Assembly: GCA_944332485.1 (NCBI GenBank)
Contig: CALVKB010000001.1
Coordinates: 22,924 to 86,923 of the forward strand
Origin: an uncultured Bacilli bacterium
Lineage (GTDB): Bacteria > Bacillota_I > Bacilli_A > RFN20 > CAG-288
Reading direction: 5' to 3'
DNA length: 64,000 nucleotides
How positions within the stretch are numbered: the stretch's first letter is position 1; every line of letters starts with the position of its first letter. The notes beneath the pieces are model-generated. The model ran no database searches and had not been told where the DNA came from. It worked only from the letters and a program-made list of their open reading frames with translations. Made by a program: the position numbers and the translations under genes. This document shows positions 29,339 to 40,052 of the stretch, piece by piece.

Positions 29339-30043
29339 TTATAAAACTTTTTTTATTCCTTTTATGTAATCATTGAAGAAATCAACATCCTCTTTATATG
29401 TGATTTTACTTAGATGTAAACCACCGTATAAAACAGGATATTTATGTGTGATTTTGTATGCTAATTGCATCTCATCAGTGTTGTTTAAATCTGATATATT
29501 TTTATAAATTTCCTTTAAAAGAGATAATTTGAACGCCTGTGGAGTCAAAATTCTAAGTAAATCATCTCTTGTAACAACTTCATAATATTCATTTTTATTC
29601 TTCATCAAAGTATCGCAGACATTTGAAGCATATGTCACCGCTTGTTCAGTTTTAAGAACATTCAAAATGTTGATAAAATCTGTATCTTTAACGAAACATC
29701 TACAAACATCATGAATAACGACATTACAATCAGTATATTCCAAGTTTGTAGCTTCAGAAATCGCGTTTTTCACACTCTCTGAACGGGTATTACCACCAAC
29801 TATCAGATCGATGTTTTTAAAATTCAATTTAAACTCACTTAAAATATCTTTGACAATGTTGTAGTCATCTTTGGATATAATCAAAAAAATTCTTTCAAAG
29901 CACTTGGCTTGCAACGCACTTTTCAAAGGAAAAACAAACAATGGTGTATTAGTTTGCGTATCGCGATAAAATTGCTTTTTTACTTCATTATTAAACCTTT
30001 GTGAACTTCCTGCTAATAATAAAAATAATATATTATGTCCCAT
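29339..30043 (-). CDS. ispD: 2-C-methyl-D-erythritol 4-phosphate cytidylyltransferase-like (IspD/TarI family)
   Basis: N-terminal LLAGSSQRF...KQF nucleotidyltransferase motif; ispF is elsewhere in the window. IspD versus ribitol-5-P cytidylyltransferase cannot be separated by eye. Confidence 0.6.
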   Translation of the reverse strand: MGHNILFLLLAGSSQRFNNEVKKQFYRDTQTNTPLFVFPLKSALQAKCFERIFLIISKDDYNIVKDILSEFKLNFKNIDLIVGGNTRSESVKNAISEATNLEYTDCNVVIHDVCRCFVKDTDFINILNVLKTEQAVTYASNVCDTLMKNKNEYYEVVTRDDLLRILTPQAFKLSLLKEIYKNISDLNNTDEMQLAYKITHKYPVLYGGLHLSKITYKEDVDFFNDYIKGIKKVL

Positions 30044-30125
30044 ATAAAGAAGTTTAGCATAAAAAATGAGTAATTTAAAATTTGCTTTTAAATTTTGTTT
30101 ATAATTTTACTCGTGAGGTTTGATT

Positions 30126-30647
30126 ATGTTTTTAATGAGTACTTTAACATTACAAATATTAGCGATAGTAGGTATAATTCTCGGTTTGATTCTGTTGACT
30201 TTTTTATATATTTTAACCATGTATTTGATCGCCAAAAAACAGAATATAACTGTTGAAAAAATATATCAACAAACTCGTCCATTTCAAGCAGAAAGATTGG
30301 AATTGATAAAAAATGGTTTCGATATATTGGACGAGAAAAATTACTCAACAAATGAATCTTTGCGTGAATTATATTTGGAAATAGATGAATTATACAAGTT
30401 GGATGTGAAATCAAAACGTGGTTATGTCAAACAGAGCATGGATATTTTGTTCATCTATCTTATTAAAGTTTTTAAGGAAGATTTAAAATCCGATGAAGAA
30501 TTTATTAAAAAACTTGAAGAGACTAATGAAATTTCAAGAACATATTTCGACAAATACAACAAAAAAGCCATGATGTTCAACTCTTTTAAATCTATGATTT
30601 TGGTTAAACCATTTTTGAAAAAATTAGAAAAAAAAGAGATTCTATAA
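30126..30647 (+). CDS. Hypothetical membrane-anchored protein
   Basis: One N-terminal TM, then a charged helical domain. GAGG RBS 7 nt before the ATG at 30126; the track ORF starts at TTG 30120. Confidence 0.45.
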   Translation: MFLMSTLTLQILAIVGIILGLILLTFLYILTMYLIAKKQNITVEKIYQQTRPFQAERLELIKNGFDILDEKNYSTNESLRELYLEIDELYKLDVKSKRGYVKQSMDILFIYLIKVFKEDLKSDEEFIKKLEETNEISRTYFDKYNKKAMMFNSFKSMILVKPFLKKLEKKEIL

Positions 30648-30714
30648 AAATTAATGTTTTATAAATAATAATAATTAAATTATTAAATATAATATAAGAG
30701 ATGGAGGTTTAAAC

Positions 30715-32328
30715 ATGAATAAAAAACCAGTAGTTTTAATAATAATGGATGGTTATGGTTTAAGAACCGAATTAAAAGGAAACGGTATTAACCAAGCACA
30801 TAAAAAATTCTTACATAACTTCTTTAAAACCCATCCTTTCACAACTTTGGAAGCTTCCGGTGAAGCTGTTGGTCTCCCTGAAGGTCAAATGGGAAACTCC
30901 GAAGTTGGTCATATGAATATGGGTGCAGGAAGAGTTGTTTATCAATCATTAACTTTGATCAACAAATGCATAAAAGATGGTTCATTTTTCAAAAATGAAT
31001 ACTATTTAAGAGCTATCGACAATGTTAGAAACACAAACAAAACATTGCACATTATGGGACTTTGCTCAGATGGTGGAGTTCACTCTCATATAGATCACAT
31101 CATCGCGATGTTAAGAATGTGCAAAGAGAACGAACTTACCAAAGAGCAAGTGGCATTGCACTTATTTATGGATGGTAGAGATGTCTCACCAACTTCCGGT
31201 AAGAGCTTTGTTGAAAAAATCCAAAACGCAATAGATGAGATTGGTGTTGGAGTCATCTGTTCTATCCACGGTAGATACTATGCGATGGACAGAGATAAAA
31301 ATATGGATAGAATCGATTTATCATACAAAGTTTTAACAGAGCGTAAAGGTAATAGCTTCTCTGATCCATTGAAATACTTCGATGAACAATATGATTTTCT
31401 CGAAAAAAGTGGAAAAGAACGTTCAGATGAATTCATCGTACCTGGATATAACGAGAACTACAATATCACTATCAAAGATGGTGACTCTGTGATCTTCATG
31501 AATTTCCGTCCAGACAGAGCTATTCAAATTTCAACATTGATAACAAATCCACATTTTTATGAAAATCCACCAATTAAGAATCAAGAGACAAAAGAGTTAG
31601 CATATAAAAGTTACACACCGAATGTTGTTTTACATGACATCACATATGTTTGTACAATGAAATATGCCGATTCAGTCAAAGGTGATATCGCATTCACCTT
31701 AGGTTCATTGGATAATTTGTTAGGTGAGATTGTTGCTAACAACAATCTGACACAATTGAGAATCGCCGAAACTGAAAAATACGCTCACGTCACTTTCTTC
31801 TTTGATGGCACAAAAAATTACGATGGCGTTGAACGTCCAGAATTGAAGAATTGCCGTAGATGTTTGATCAATTCCCCTAAAGTTGCAACCTACGATTTAA
31901 AACCTGAGATGTCCGCTTATGAAGTTAAAGATAAACTTCTTGAAGAGTTGAAAAAAGATGATTTAGATTTGGTCATATGTAACTTTGCAAACTGCGACAT
32001 GGTCGGTCATACAGCCGTGATGAGTGCTGTTATCAAAGCTGTTGAAGCCGTCGATGATTGCGTTGGACAAGTTATAAATTACGTCGATTCAATAGGTGGT
32101 ACTGTTTTGGTTTTAGCAGACCATGGTAATGCTGAAGAATGCATCGATGAAAATAACCAACCTATGACAAAACATACTACAAATTTAGTGCCATTCTGTA
32201 CAAACAACTTAAATTTGAAGTTCAGAGATGGTGGAGCATTATGTGATGTTGCTCCAACAATTTTGGAGTTGCTCAATATTGAACAACCAGAAGAGATGAC
32301 AGGTAAAAGCTTGCTTATTAATAAATAA
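30715..32328 (+). CDS. gpmI: 2,3-bisphosphoglycerate-independent phosphoglycerate mutase
   Basis: IIMDGYG, SEVGHMNMGAGR, ADHGNAE motifs. Confidence 0.95.
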   Translation: MNKKPVVLIIMDGYGLRTELKGNGINQAHKKFLHNFFKTHPFTTLEASGEAVGLPEGQMGNSEVGHMNMGAGRVVYQSLTLINKCIKDGSFFKNEYYLRAIDNVRNTNKTLHIMGLCSDGGVHSHIDHIIAMLRMCKENELTKEQVALHLFMDGRDVSPTSGKSFVEKIQNAIDEIGVGVICSIHGRYYAMDRDKNMDRIDLSYKVLTERKGNSFSDPLKYFDEQYDFLEKSGKERSDEFIVPGYNENYNITIKDGDSVIFMNFRPDRAIQISTLITNPHFYENPPIKNQETKELAYKSYTPNVVLHDITYVCTMKYADSVKGDIAFTLGSLDNLLGEIVANNNLTQLRIAETEKYAHVTFFFDGTKNYDGVERPELKNCRRCLINSPKVATYDLKPEMSAYEVKDKLLEELKKDDLDLVICNFANCDMVGHTAVMSAVIKAVEAVDDCVGQVINYVDSIGGTVLVLADHGNAEECIDENNQPMTKHTTNLVPFCTNNLNLKFRDGGALCDVAPTILELLNIEQPEEMTGKSLLINK

Positions 32329-32345
32329 TTTGAAAGGAGAATTTT

Positions 32346-32984
32346 ATGGAATTATTTGTGGATACCGCTATTGTCGAAGAGATTAAAAAAGCTAAAGAAT
32401 TAGGTATTGTAAAGGGAGTGACAACAAACCCAAGTTTGATTGCAAAATCTGGAAGAAGTGTCAAAGATGTCATCAATGAGATAACAACACTCATCGATGG
32501 TCCAATTTCAGCTGAGGTTGATGAATCAGATGCCGAAACCATGATCAAACAAGGTATTGAATATTCAAAGATGCACAAGAATATCGTTATCAAACTTCCT
32601 TTGACTCAAGATGGAATCAAAGCCTGTAAAGCTTTAACTGAGCAAAACATCAAAACAAATGTCACCTTAGTTTTCTCACCAGCTCAAGCCTTGCTTGCAA
32701 TGGAAGCTGGTGCAACATATGTCTCACCATTTTTAGGTAGAATGGATGATGCAGGTTTCGATGCCAAAAAACTCATCCGTGATATCTGTGAAGTTAGAGA
32801 CTATTATGGTTACTCAACACAAACTATCGCAGCAAGTATTAGAAATGTCGAACATATGAATATCGCTATGTTAGCAGGATCTGATATTGCAACAGTTCCT
32901 TTGAAGATAATCGAAAAGATGTATGAACATCCTTTGACAACCCAAGGTTTGAAGATCTTCGCTGCCGATTCAAAGAAGAAATAA
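32346..32984 (+). CDS. Fructose-6-phosphate aldolase / transaldolase (TalC/FsaA family)
   Basis: MELFVDTA...GVTTNPSL and the Schiff-base lysine region VIKLP; 212 aa. Confidence 0.88.
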   Translation: MELFVDTAIVEEIKKAKELGIVKGVTTNPSLIAKSGRSVKDVINEITTLIDGPISAEVDESDAETMIKQGIEYSKMHKNIVIKLPLTQDGIKACKALTEQNIKTNVTLVFSPAQALLAMEAGATYVSPFLGRMDDAGFDAKKLIRDICEVRDYYGYSTQTIAASIRNVEHMNIAMLAGSDIATVPLKIIEKMYEHPLTTQGLKIFAADSKKK

Positions 32985-33016
32985 TAAAACAATAACAAAT
33001 TAATTTATCTATCTAA

Positions 33017-33058
33017 AAAAGGTATTTTCTAGGCAAAGCCAGAAAATACCTTTTTATT
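33017..33058. terminator. Bidirectional terminator
   Basis: ggtattttct aggcaaagcc agaaaatacc with flanking A/T runs. Confidence 0.55.
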
Positions 33059-33096
33059 TTATATACAATTAAACTAAATTAGTTTAAATATTAACT

Positions 33097-35955
33097 TTAA
33101 ATAATCTTATATGATAATGGTTCAACTTCAGTTGGAACACCATTAACAGTAGGAGTGATTGTCTTATCTGAAAAGTTCATCAAAACATAGTAAGTCTTGT
33201 TTGTTGAAGGATCTTTTGTTGAGAAGCAAATAGACTTCAAATACTCCTCTTTGGTCAAGCCTAAAGAATTCATAGCAGTATTCGAACTATCAACGAAGAA
33301 ATCCATATTCGCATACATCTCATCGAAACTTGAATAACTAGGAAGATTGGAACGAAGTTGTAATTGATCAAATATTTTCATCTGTGAGTAATTTTCTGCT
33401 AATAAACTCCAGTCGATAGCATTAACTTCAACTCCAGTGTTGTATGAATTATGGACAAATGTTCTTTCAACATCGTTGATGATAGATTTGGTCGAATTAG
33501 AAATGACTGTTTGGTCACTCATAAAACGTTCGTTATCTGTTATCTCTTTGCTACGGAAGAACTCCTGTCCTGCTTGGATGAATGAAATACCATTTGTGAA
33601 CATGGTCAAAGCGTTCGATATCTCAGAAAGCTTCTTAGCGATACTCTCATCTTTAGCAGTTATCAAATATTTATCGTAAACTGTCAAATTATCATGACAT
33701 TCGACATAATTAACACTTGCTAACATATTACTTGTTGAATATGGAGTATAAACTTTATTTCCTAATAAGAAGTTTCTGCTTGGATTGCTATTTGTAATTC
33801 CAAAGATGATTTTGTCACGAAGATCGATGAAATTAGAAACTGAAACAGCATCTGTCATATCAAATCCTTCATAGGAATATTGAGCAAAACCTTTATCTTC
33901 TGCGTTGAAAACATTTCCTTTCACGGCATCTCTGAAAGCATCATTGAAAGCTCCAACATAGGAATTTGGATCACTTATTCTACTAAGATTTCCCTGAGTT
34001 GCCATTATGTAATTTTGCTCAGGAAGTTGATCTTCATTACCTTTATAATCGAACATCTCCCAACCTTCACCATAGATCAAAGCGTTAGGATTGATCTGAT
34101 GAACTTTTGAACTCACCATCTCCATGGTATCCAAATCGATAAGTCCCATCAAATCAAAACGGAAACCTTGAACACCGTAGTGAGAAACATAATGACATGT
34201 TGAATCAGCTATGTATCTTGCAAACATACTTCTTGTTGCATTCATATCACTACCAGCTCCAGAACCGTTTGATGTTCTAAAGTAATAATCAGGAACTATG
34301 TTATCGAAATTGGAATTAGTCTTGGATGGAATATGATTATAAACAACATCCATAGTGACACCTAAGCCATCGCTGTTGTAGGTTGTAACAACCTCTTTAA
34401 ATTCATCGATTCTTGCTAATGGATCCTCTTTATTATATGCGTAGCTTCCTTCCAATGAATTATAGTTGTAAGGATCATAACCCCAGTTGTAACCACCATT
34501 ACTAGTAGCGTTCATATATTCATCGCTTGTGTCTGTTTCATCAACAGATTTGAAATCATAAACAGGCATCAATTGAACGTGGGTTAAACCTTTTTCTTTC
34601 AATTCAAGTAAGTAGTTATAACCTATTGACTGTTTTTCAGAATTTTCTTTGTTGTAAAAAGCTGTTTTATCAATCAAAGCTTTGAATGTACCTTTATATT
34701 GTGGATTTTCAGTTTCAAAAGTATCTGATGAGCTGAAATCCTTAACGTGCATCTCATAAATTGTTGGTTTTGCTGAACTTATACTATTGGAAGTTTCAAC
34801 TTGTTGAGTAGTTAAAGCATGCTTTGTAAAGTCAACAACAACGCCATCAGTGGCATTCAATGTTACAGAATATGCATAAGGATCAACGATATTTGTTTTT
34901 GTTTCCCCATAGTTGGTGACTGAATAATGGTATAAACTACCATCATAAGCATCAGTTGTAACTTCATAGCATCCTTTGTTGACAGTAGATTTAGTCATTT
35001 GCAATTCTCTGTAGGTCTGTTCTGTTGGATTCTTGATGTACAATTTTACATCAGTTGCAATTGGTGCCCATAATCTGAAAGTTACTTCATTCAAATTTTC
35101 TGTAAAAATCGCGCCCAACTTAACGTCATCAGTTGGAGTATACATGTCTTCAAAAGTTTGAGATGAATAAAACTTCTGCATCGATAATGGAAGAATCAAC
35201 TCTTCGTTATTCTCATCTGTGTAAATTACTTCATATTTCTTCGTGATGTCCAAATAGTCAGTAGGTAAGATTGTTGTGGTGCTGAACTCATCGACAATCT
35301 TTTCAATTTCAACATTTGTTTTTGAAGTGACTTCTCTTATTTGTAAATCATCTTTAGTCAATTTCAAACTGGTGTCATTTTTATAAACTCTAACACCTTT
35401 ATTTGTTTGATTATTGCTGGTATATCCGTAATTTGCACCGTATAATTTGATACTTTGTATATCTTCTGGTGAGTAATAAACTTCGCCATCAACATAATAA
35501 ATATCACCATTGAACAATGTTGTATCCAAAATAAGATCATTAGTTTGAGTACCACCATCGCTTGTTCTTAAAATAAAACCTCTTGTTGGAGTGACAAAAT
35601 CCTCTCTTGAGATTGACTTAATAACACTTTCTGTGCTTCCGCCCCAGTCACTATACAAAGTATATTCAGTATCAAAAGAAAAACCAATTTTTGAGAAGGT
35701 TATATCGCAATCAGCTACTGTGACATCCTCTTCAATTGCCATATTTTTGAAAAGAACGCTCGAATTATCAACCTCATCATCCCAAGTCCAAATTGCGTCA
35801 AATACACTGTTATCTTTGGTGTAATAGTAAATGTTAACATCATAACCATCACTTGGTGTTGGAGTGCTACTGGTTGTTTGTTCTCCTTTAGAGCAGCTAG
35901 TCAACATTGTAGTTGCTAATAAAGGGAACATAAGTAATTTTGTAATTTTCTTCAT
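33097..35955 (-). CDS. pulA: Pullulanase (type I, GH13_14) lipoprotein, secreted or surface
   Basis: Signal peptide with lipobox LTSC. YNWGYDP, GFRFDLMG (region II), YGEGWEM (region III), YVECHDN (region IV). Confidence 0.9.
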   Translation of the reverse strand: MKKITKLLMFPLLATTMLTSCSKGEQTTSSTPTPSDGYDVNIYYYTKDNSVFDAIWTWDDEVDNSSVLFKNMAIEEDVTVADCDITFSKIGFSFDTEYTLYSDWGGSTESVIKSISREDFVTPTRGFILRTSDGGTQTNDLILDTTLFNGDIYYVDGEVYYSPEDIQSIKLYGANYGYTSNNQTNKGVRVYKNDTSLKLTKDDLQIREVTSKTNVEIEKIVDEFSTTTILPTDYLDITKKYEVIYTDENNEELILPLSMQKFYSSQTFEDMYTPTDDVKLGAIFTENLNEVTFRLWAPIATDVKLYIKNPTEQTYRELQMTKSTVNKGCYEVTTDAYDGSLYHYSVTNYGETKTNIVDPYAYSVTLNATDGVVVDFTKHALTTQQVETSNSISSAKPTIYEMHVKDFSSSDTFETENPQYKGTFKALIDKTAFYNKENSEKQSIGYNYLLELKEKGLTHVQLMPVYDFKSVDETDTSDEYMNATSNGGYNWGYDPYNYNSLEGSYAYNKEDPLARIDEFKEVVTTYNSDGLGVTMDVVYNHIPSKTNSNFDNIVPDYYFRTSNGSGAGSDMNATRSMFARYIADSTCHYVSHYGVQGFRFDLMGLIDLDTMEMVSSKVHQINPNALIYGEGWEMFDYKGNEDQLPEQNYIMATQGNLSRISDPNSYVGAFNDAFRDAVKGNVFNAEDKGFAQYSYEGFDMTDAVSVSNFIDLRDKIIFGITNSNPSRNFLLGNKVYTPYSTSNMLASVNYVECHDNLTVYDKYLITAKDESIAKKLSEISNALTMFTNGISFIQAGQEFFRSKEITDNERFMSDQTVISNSTKSIINDVERTFVHNSYNTGVEVNAIDWSLLAENYSQMKIFDQLQLRSNLPSYSSFDEMYANMDFFVDSSNTAMNSLGLTKEEYLKSICFSTKDPSTNKTYYVLMNFSDKTITPTVNGVPTEVEPLSYKII

Positions 35956-36028
35956 AAAAATCTCCTTATGTATTAAGTATACATAACAATTGTTATGAAA
36001 GCATTTTCATTTAATTATTTAGTAATTT

Positions 36029-36997
36029 TTAAAATTTAGCCGATTTACAAAAACTTGAAAATTCTACATATTTTGATTTTTCAATATCATGAAAAATTTT
36101 CATTTTTTCCTTGTTGGGGTAAACGTTGTAATAACATATGTAAAGTTTTGCCCATAAATACCAAAAATAATCAAATAAAGCTTTCAAATAAGGGTATATT
36201 TCATTTATGAAAATATCATAATGCTTTGAAGCTTCTATTTGTAAAATTTCATTTAAAAAGGAAGTTATGAATAGTTTGTTATTTTTTAAAAGATTCACAT
36301 CGTTAAGTTTGTTTTCATAATAGAAAGTTTGTTCTGATAAGTAACTTACTAAGCTGTAAATTAATTCGGTATGATACAAAAAATCGTAGTCAATTAAGAA
36401 AACTTTATTTTTTGGTGTCACTAAAATATTGGATTCAATCAAATCAAGATGGGTTAAACCTTGAGTGAAAAATTGAGGATATTTTATTTTTAATTCACTT
36501 ATTTTGTTTATAAGTAGGCTTAATATTTCATCTTGACTTATATTAAGAATGCTATGATATTCATCAATTTCTTTGAATAAGTCAAAATAAAAAACAGTTC
36601 CATCATATTTTGATAAATACTTCAAATTGTCTATTATCTTTACTAGAGTATTATCAAAATTATCATTTAATTGTGATATTTTTCTTGAATTAACATTTTT
36701 TGTAATTAAACAAAAGTTTCTTTTAAATTTCTCGTATTTTATGATTATATTTTCATATTTATTCAAGTATTTAATAAGTTCAGCATTCAAAGGTTGACGA
36801 TGCAATTTGTCTAAAAATTTAATATCGAAAATTTCTTTGTTATCGATAAGTCCAACTTTATAAATTAAGTCTTTTTTAGTATCTAAAAATGAAGTGTTGC
36901 TTATGCCATCACCGAAGTATTCAAAAGATTCGCACTTAGAAATTTCACAATTACACAATTTACTTAAGTCAGAAAATAAAGCTTTTTCACCTTTCAT
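36029..36997 (-). CDS. Phosphotransferase-family kinase (APH/choline-kinase fold), substrate unknown
   Basis: Brenner-type catalytic motif LTHLDLIESNILV and IDYDF (DFG-like metal-binding) motif. Confidence 0.5.
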   Translation of the reverse strand: MKGEKALFSDLSKLCNCEISKCESFEYFGDGISNTSFLDTKKDLIYKVGLIDNKEIFDIKFLDKLHRQPLNAELIKYLNKYENIIIKYEKFKRNFCLITKNVNSRKISQLNDNFDNTLVKIIDNLKYLSKYDGTVFYFDLFKEIDEYHSILNISQDEILSLLINKISELKIKYPQFFTQGLTHLDLIESNILVTPKNKVFLIDYDFLYHTELIYSLVSYLSEQTFYYENKLNDVNLLKNNKLFITSFLNEILQIEASKHYDIFINEIYPYLKALFDYFWYLWAKLYICYYNVYPNKEKMKIFHDIEKSKYVEFSSFCKSAKF

Positions 36998-37078
36998 TTT
37001 TAAAACTCCATTTACAGTTACTTATTTTAATTTTTTTAATGTAATAAGTAATATAATTATTTAGTAAGGAGATTAAAA

Positions 37079-37657
37079 ATGTCAAAGAAAATTTTAGTTG
37101 AGACAAGTGCAAGACACGTTCATGTTACAAAAGATACATTGAAAAAATTATTCGGTGAAAATGCTACTCTTGAAGTTAAAAAGTATTTAAGTCAACCAGG
37201 ACAATTTGCTTCAAATAGCAAAGTTGATATTGTCGGTCCTAAAAACACTATCAAGAATGTTTCAATATTAGGTCCAGAAAGAAGTGCTGATCAAGTTGAG
37301 ATGAGTTTAACCGATTGTAGAACTCTTGGAATCGATGCTCCAATAAGAGAATCCGGTGATATCAAAGATTCAGCAAAATGCAAAATTGTCGGCCCATGTG
37401 GTGAAGTTGAATTAAACGAAGGTTTGATCGTTGCAAAAAGACACATCCATATGACTGAGGATGATGCCAAACAATTCAAAGTTAAAAATGGCGACATCGT
37501 CAAAGTCGAAATTCAATCTCCACGTGAGAGAAGTGCCATTTTAAATGATGTTGTAGTCAGAGTTTCAAATTCATATGCTCTTGCTATGCACATCGATACT
37601 GATGAATCAAATTCCTTAGGCTTACAAGGTAACGCCGAAGGCACAATTGTCAAATAA
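37079..37657 (+). CDS. pduL: PduL-type phosphate acyl(propanoyl/acetyl)transferase
   Basis: Two PduL repeats with SARHVHV and AKRHIHM motifs; 192 aa. Confidence 0.85.
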   Translation: MSKKILVETSARHVHVTKDTLKKLFGENATLEVKKYLSQPGQFASNSKVDIVGPKNTIKNVSILGPERSADQVEMSLTDCRTLGIDAPIRESGDIKDSAKCKIVGPCGEVELNEGLIVAKRHIHMTEDDAKQFKVKNGDIVKVEIQSPRERSAILNDVVVRVSNSYALAMHIDTDESNSLGLQGNAEGTIVK

Positions 37658-37667
37658 ATAAGAACGT

Positions 37668-40052
37668 TTATTGTATTTTTTCAAATATTGAAGATAAGGG
37701 AGTTACAACAAATTCTCTATCTTCAATTTTTAATTTAAGTGATTTATTTGAAAAATTGAAACTTGATAAATATTCATTATTATCATCTTTCAAAATGTAG
37801 TTTACAGAATTTAAATAATCCTGTTTTGACAATCCAAATCTACCTTTTTTATCAAAACTCACATTCTCTTTCATCATCTTTATGTTAGGATAAACTGGCA
37901 TTTCGTTTTTTCTGTATGATAAGTATTTTTTGAATTGCTCAACGTACTCTTTGTATTTTGTGACATTATCCCAGTTGATAGCGTTGAGAATAACACCTGA
38001 TGCATATGAATTATGACAAAACACTCTTTTTGTTTCATCGATATTCAAAATGTATGATTGCGATAATGTAAATTCATCCTCAAGATATCTATTTTTCTCA
38101 TTTTCAGGTAAAGCAGTTACTTCCTTAGTTCTGAAAAATTCCTGACCGATTTGGTAAAAACTTATACCATTTGACAATAAAACTAAATTTGTACATAAGC
38201 TTGCAATCTTTCTTGCAATATTCTCATCATGTAAAGTTATGACAAGTTTATCAAACAAAGGGAGATTATCATGACATTCAACATAATTAACGGAGTTGAA
38301 GATATTATGTTCAGAATATGGTATGTAATTTTTGCATGAGATAAGTTCTTTTTTATTTGGATTACTATTCATAATTCCAAATACAATATCATCATGCATC
38401 TGTTTGATTAACTTAACTTCTTTTTTATAGTAACCTTTATAAACTTTCTGACAATATCCATCAACTTTACAATCGAAAACATGGCCTTTCATACCATCAC
38501 GGAATGTGTCGTTGAAAGCTCCAACACAACTATTTGTTGAATCCAAAAAATGCAAATTTTTCTGAATTGCCATCAAATAATCGTTACTTTCATCAAGCTG
38601 ATGAATATTTCCATTCGCATCAAACATATCCCAAGCTTCACCATAAATCAATGAATTTTTATTGATCTTATGAACTTTATCAGATAATTCTCTCATCGCT
38701 TGTAAATCAAGCAATCCCATCAAATCAAAACGGAATCCGGACATTCCGTAATTTTCAGTGAACATACAGCATGAATCGATGATGTATTTTTTGAACATCT
38801 TTCTTGTTGTATTCATATCCGCTCCAGCTTTTGAGGTACTTGATAAACGGAAGTAATAATCAGGTGCGAGCATCTCAAATTTGGAATCCAACTGACTTGG
38901 AACATGGTTGAAAACAACATCCATGATCACACCGACATTTATACTTGCGTATTCTTTTATTACACTTATCATCTCTTTTATTCTGCACAAAGGATCATTT
39001 GGGTTGGAACTGTAATGTGCTTCCAAACAATTGTAATTTAAAGGACCATAACCCCAATTGTAATTGTTGTGGGAAGTTTTCAAGATAAAATCCTTATCAA
39101 AATTATTCTCATGAGCACTTAAAAATTGATAAAAAGGCAATATTTGAATATGTGTCAAACCTTTTTCGCTCAATTCTTTCATGTAATCAAAACCGACTTT
39201 ATCACCATAGGAATTTTTGACATTTTTTTCAATTAATCCAAGATATTTTCCTTTAACTTCAGTATTCTTAGTTATGAAAGTATCAGACATTGAGAAGTCT
39301 TTAACATGAATTTCACAAACGACAGGTTTTGTTGTATAAAAGGATTTAATGTGTTCGAGTGTTTTATTATCTATTTTATGTTTATTCCAATCGATGAAAA
39401 CACCTAATGTTCCATTTTCCAAACACGAGTAACAGTAAGGATCAACCACATTTTCATATGTGATTCCAAAATTTGTTACAGTGAATGTGTATATGCTTAA
39501 ATCTTTAACTTCATTCAAAACAACTTCATAACAACCGTTATTTTGATAATTCATCTTATATTGCTTGAATTCATCATTTATATCGGTTTTCAAATTAAGT
39601 TTTACTTCAGTTGCAAAAGGTGCAAAAACTCTGAAATAGGTCTTGTTATTTTCATTGAAACTTCCAAGTTTATAATCCATATCAGGGGTGTATAAACTGT
39701 TAAATTCTTCAGAGGAATAATATTTATCAAAATATAATCTAGAGCGATATTTTTGATTTCCTGACTCGATTTCAAGAGTGTAAATTTTTCTAATATCCAA
39801 TTTGAAATCGATCAAAACTTCATAATATTCTTTGTGTTTTTTAATGTAATTAAGTTCCTTCACTTCAGAGGTTGAACATAGATGAATCTTATCGATATTC
39901 TTCAAATTTAGCTTAGTGTAAATTCTAATTGAGTTACAATCAACCTCAGAATGTTTGTAACCAAAAACACAATAAAAATCACTTTTTTCACGTTTTATTT
40001 GCACGTTTTTAACTTCATCCTGAATAACAGTTTCGACCTCTTTAAATTCCAT
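37668..40052 (-). CDS. Pullulanase paralogue (type I, GH13), no signal peptide, probably cytoplasmic
   Basis: YNWGYGP, GFRFDLMG, YGEAWDMF, YVECHDN. Preferred start MEFKEV at 40052 after AAGGTGG; the ORF track extends to 40106. Confidence 0.85.
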   Translation of the reverse strand: MEFKEVETVIQDEVKNVQIKREKSDFYCVFGYKHSEVDCNSIRIYTKLNLKNIDKIHLCSTSEVKELNYIKKHKEYYEVLIDFKLDIRKIYTLEIESGNQKYRSRLYFDKYYSSEEFNSLYTPDMDYKLGSFNENNKTYFRVFAPFATEVKLNLKTDINDEFKQYKMNYQNNGCYEVVLNEVKDLSIYTFTVTNFGITYENVVDPYCYSCLENGTLGVFIDWNKHKIDNKTLEHIKSFYTTKPVVCEIHVKDFSMSDTFITKNTEVKGKYLGLIEKNVKNSYGDKVGFDYMKELSEKGLTHIQILPFYQFLSAHENNFDKDFILKTSHNNYNWGYGPLNYNCLEAHYSSNPNDPLCRIKEMISVIKEYASINVGVIMDVVFNHVPSQLDSKFEMLAPDYYFRLSSTSKAGADMNTTRKMFKKYIIDSCCMFTENYGMSGFRFDLMGLLDLQAMRELSDKVHKINKNSLIYGEAWDMFDANGNIHQLDESNDYLMAIQKNLHFLDSTNSCVGAFNDTFRDGMKGHVFDCKVDGYCQKVYKGYYKKEVKLIKQMHDDIVFGIMNSNPNKKELISCKNYIPYSEHNIFNSVNYVECHDNLPLFDKLVITLHDENIARKIASLCTNLVLLSNGISFYQIGQEFFRTKEVTALPENEKNRYLEDEFTLSQSYILNIDETKRVFCHNSYASGVILNAINWDNVTKYKEYVEQFKKYLSYRKNEMPVYPNIKMMKENVSFDKKGRFGLSKQDYLNSVNYILKDDNNEYLSSFNFSNKSLKLKIEDREFVVTPLSSIFEKIQ

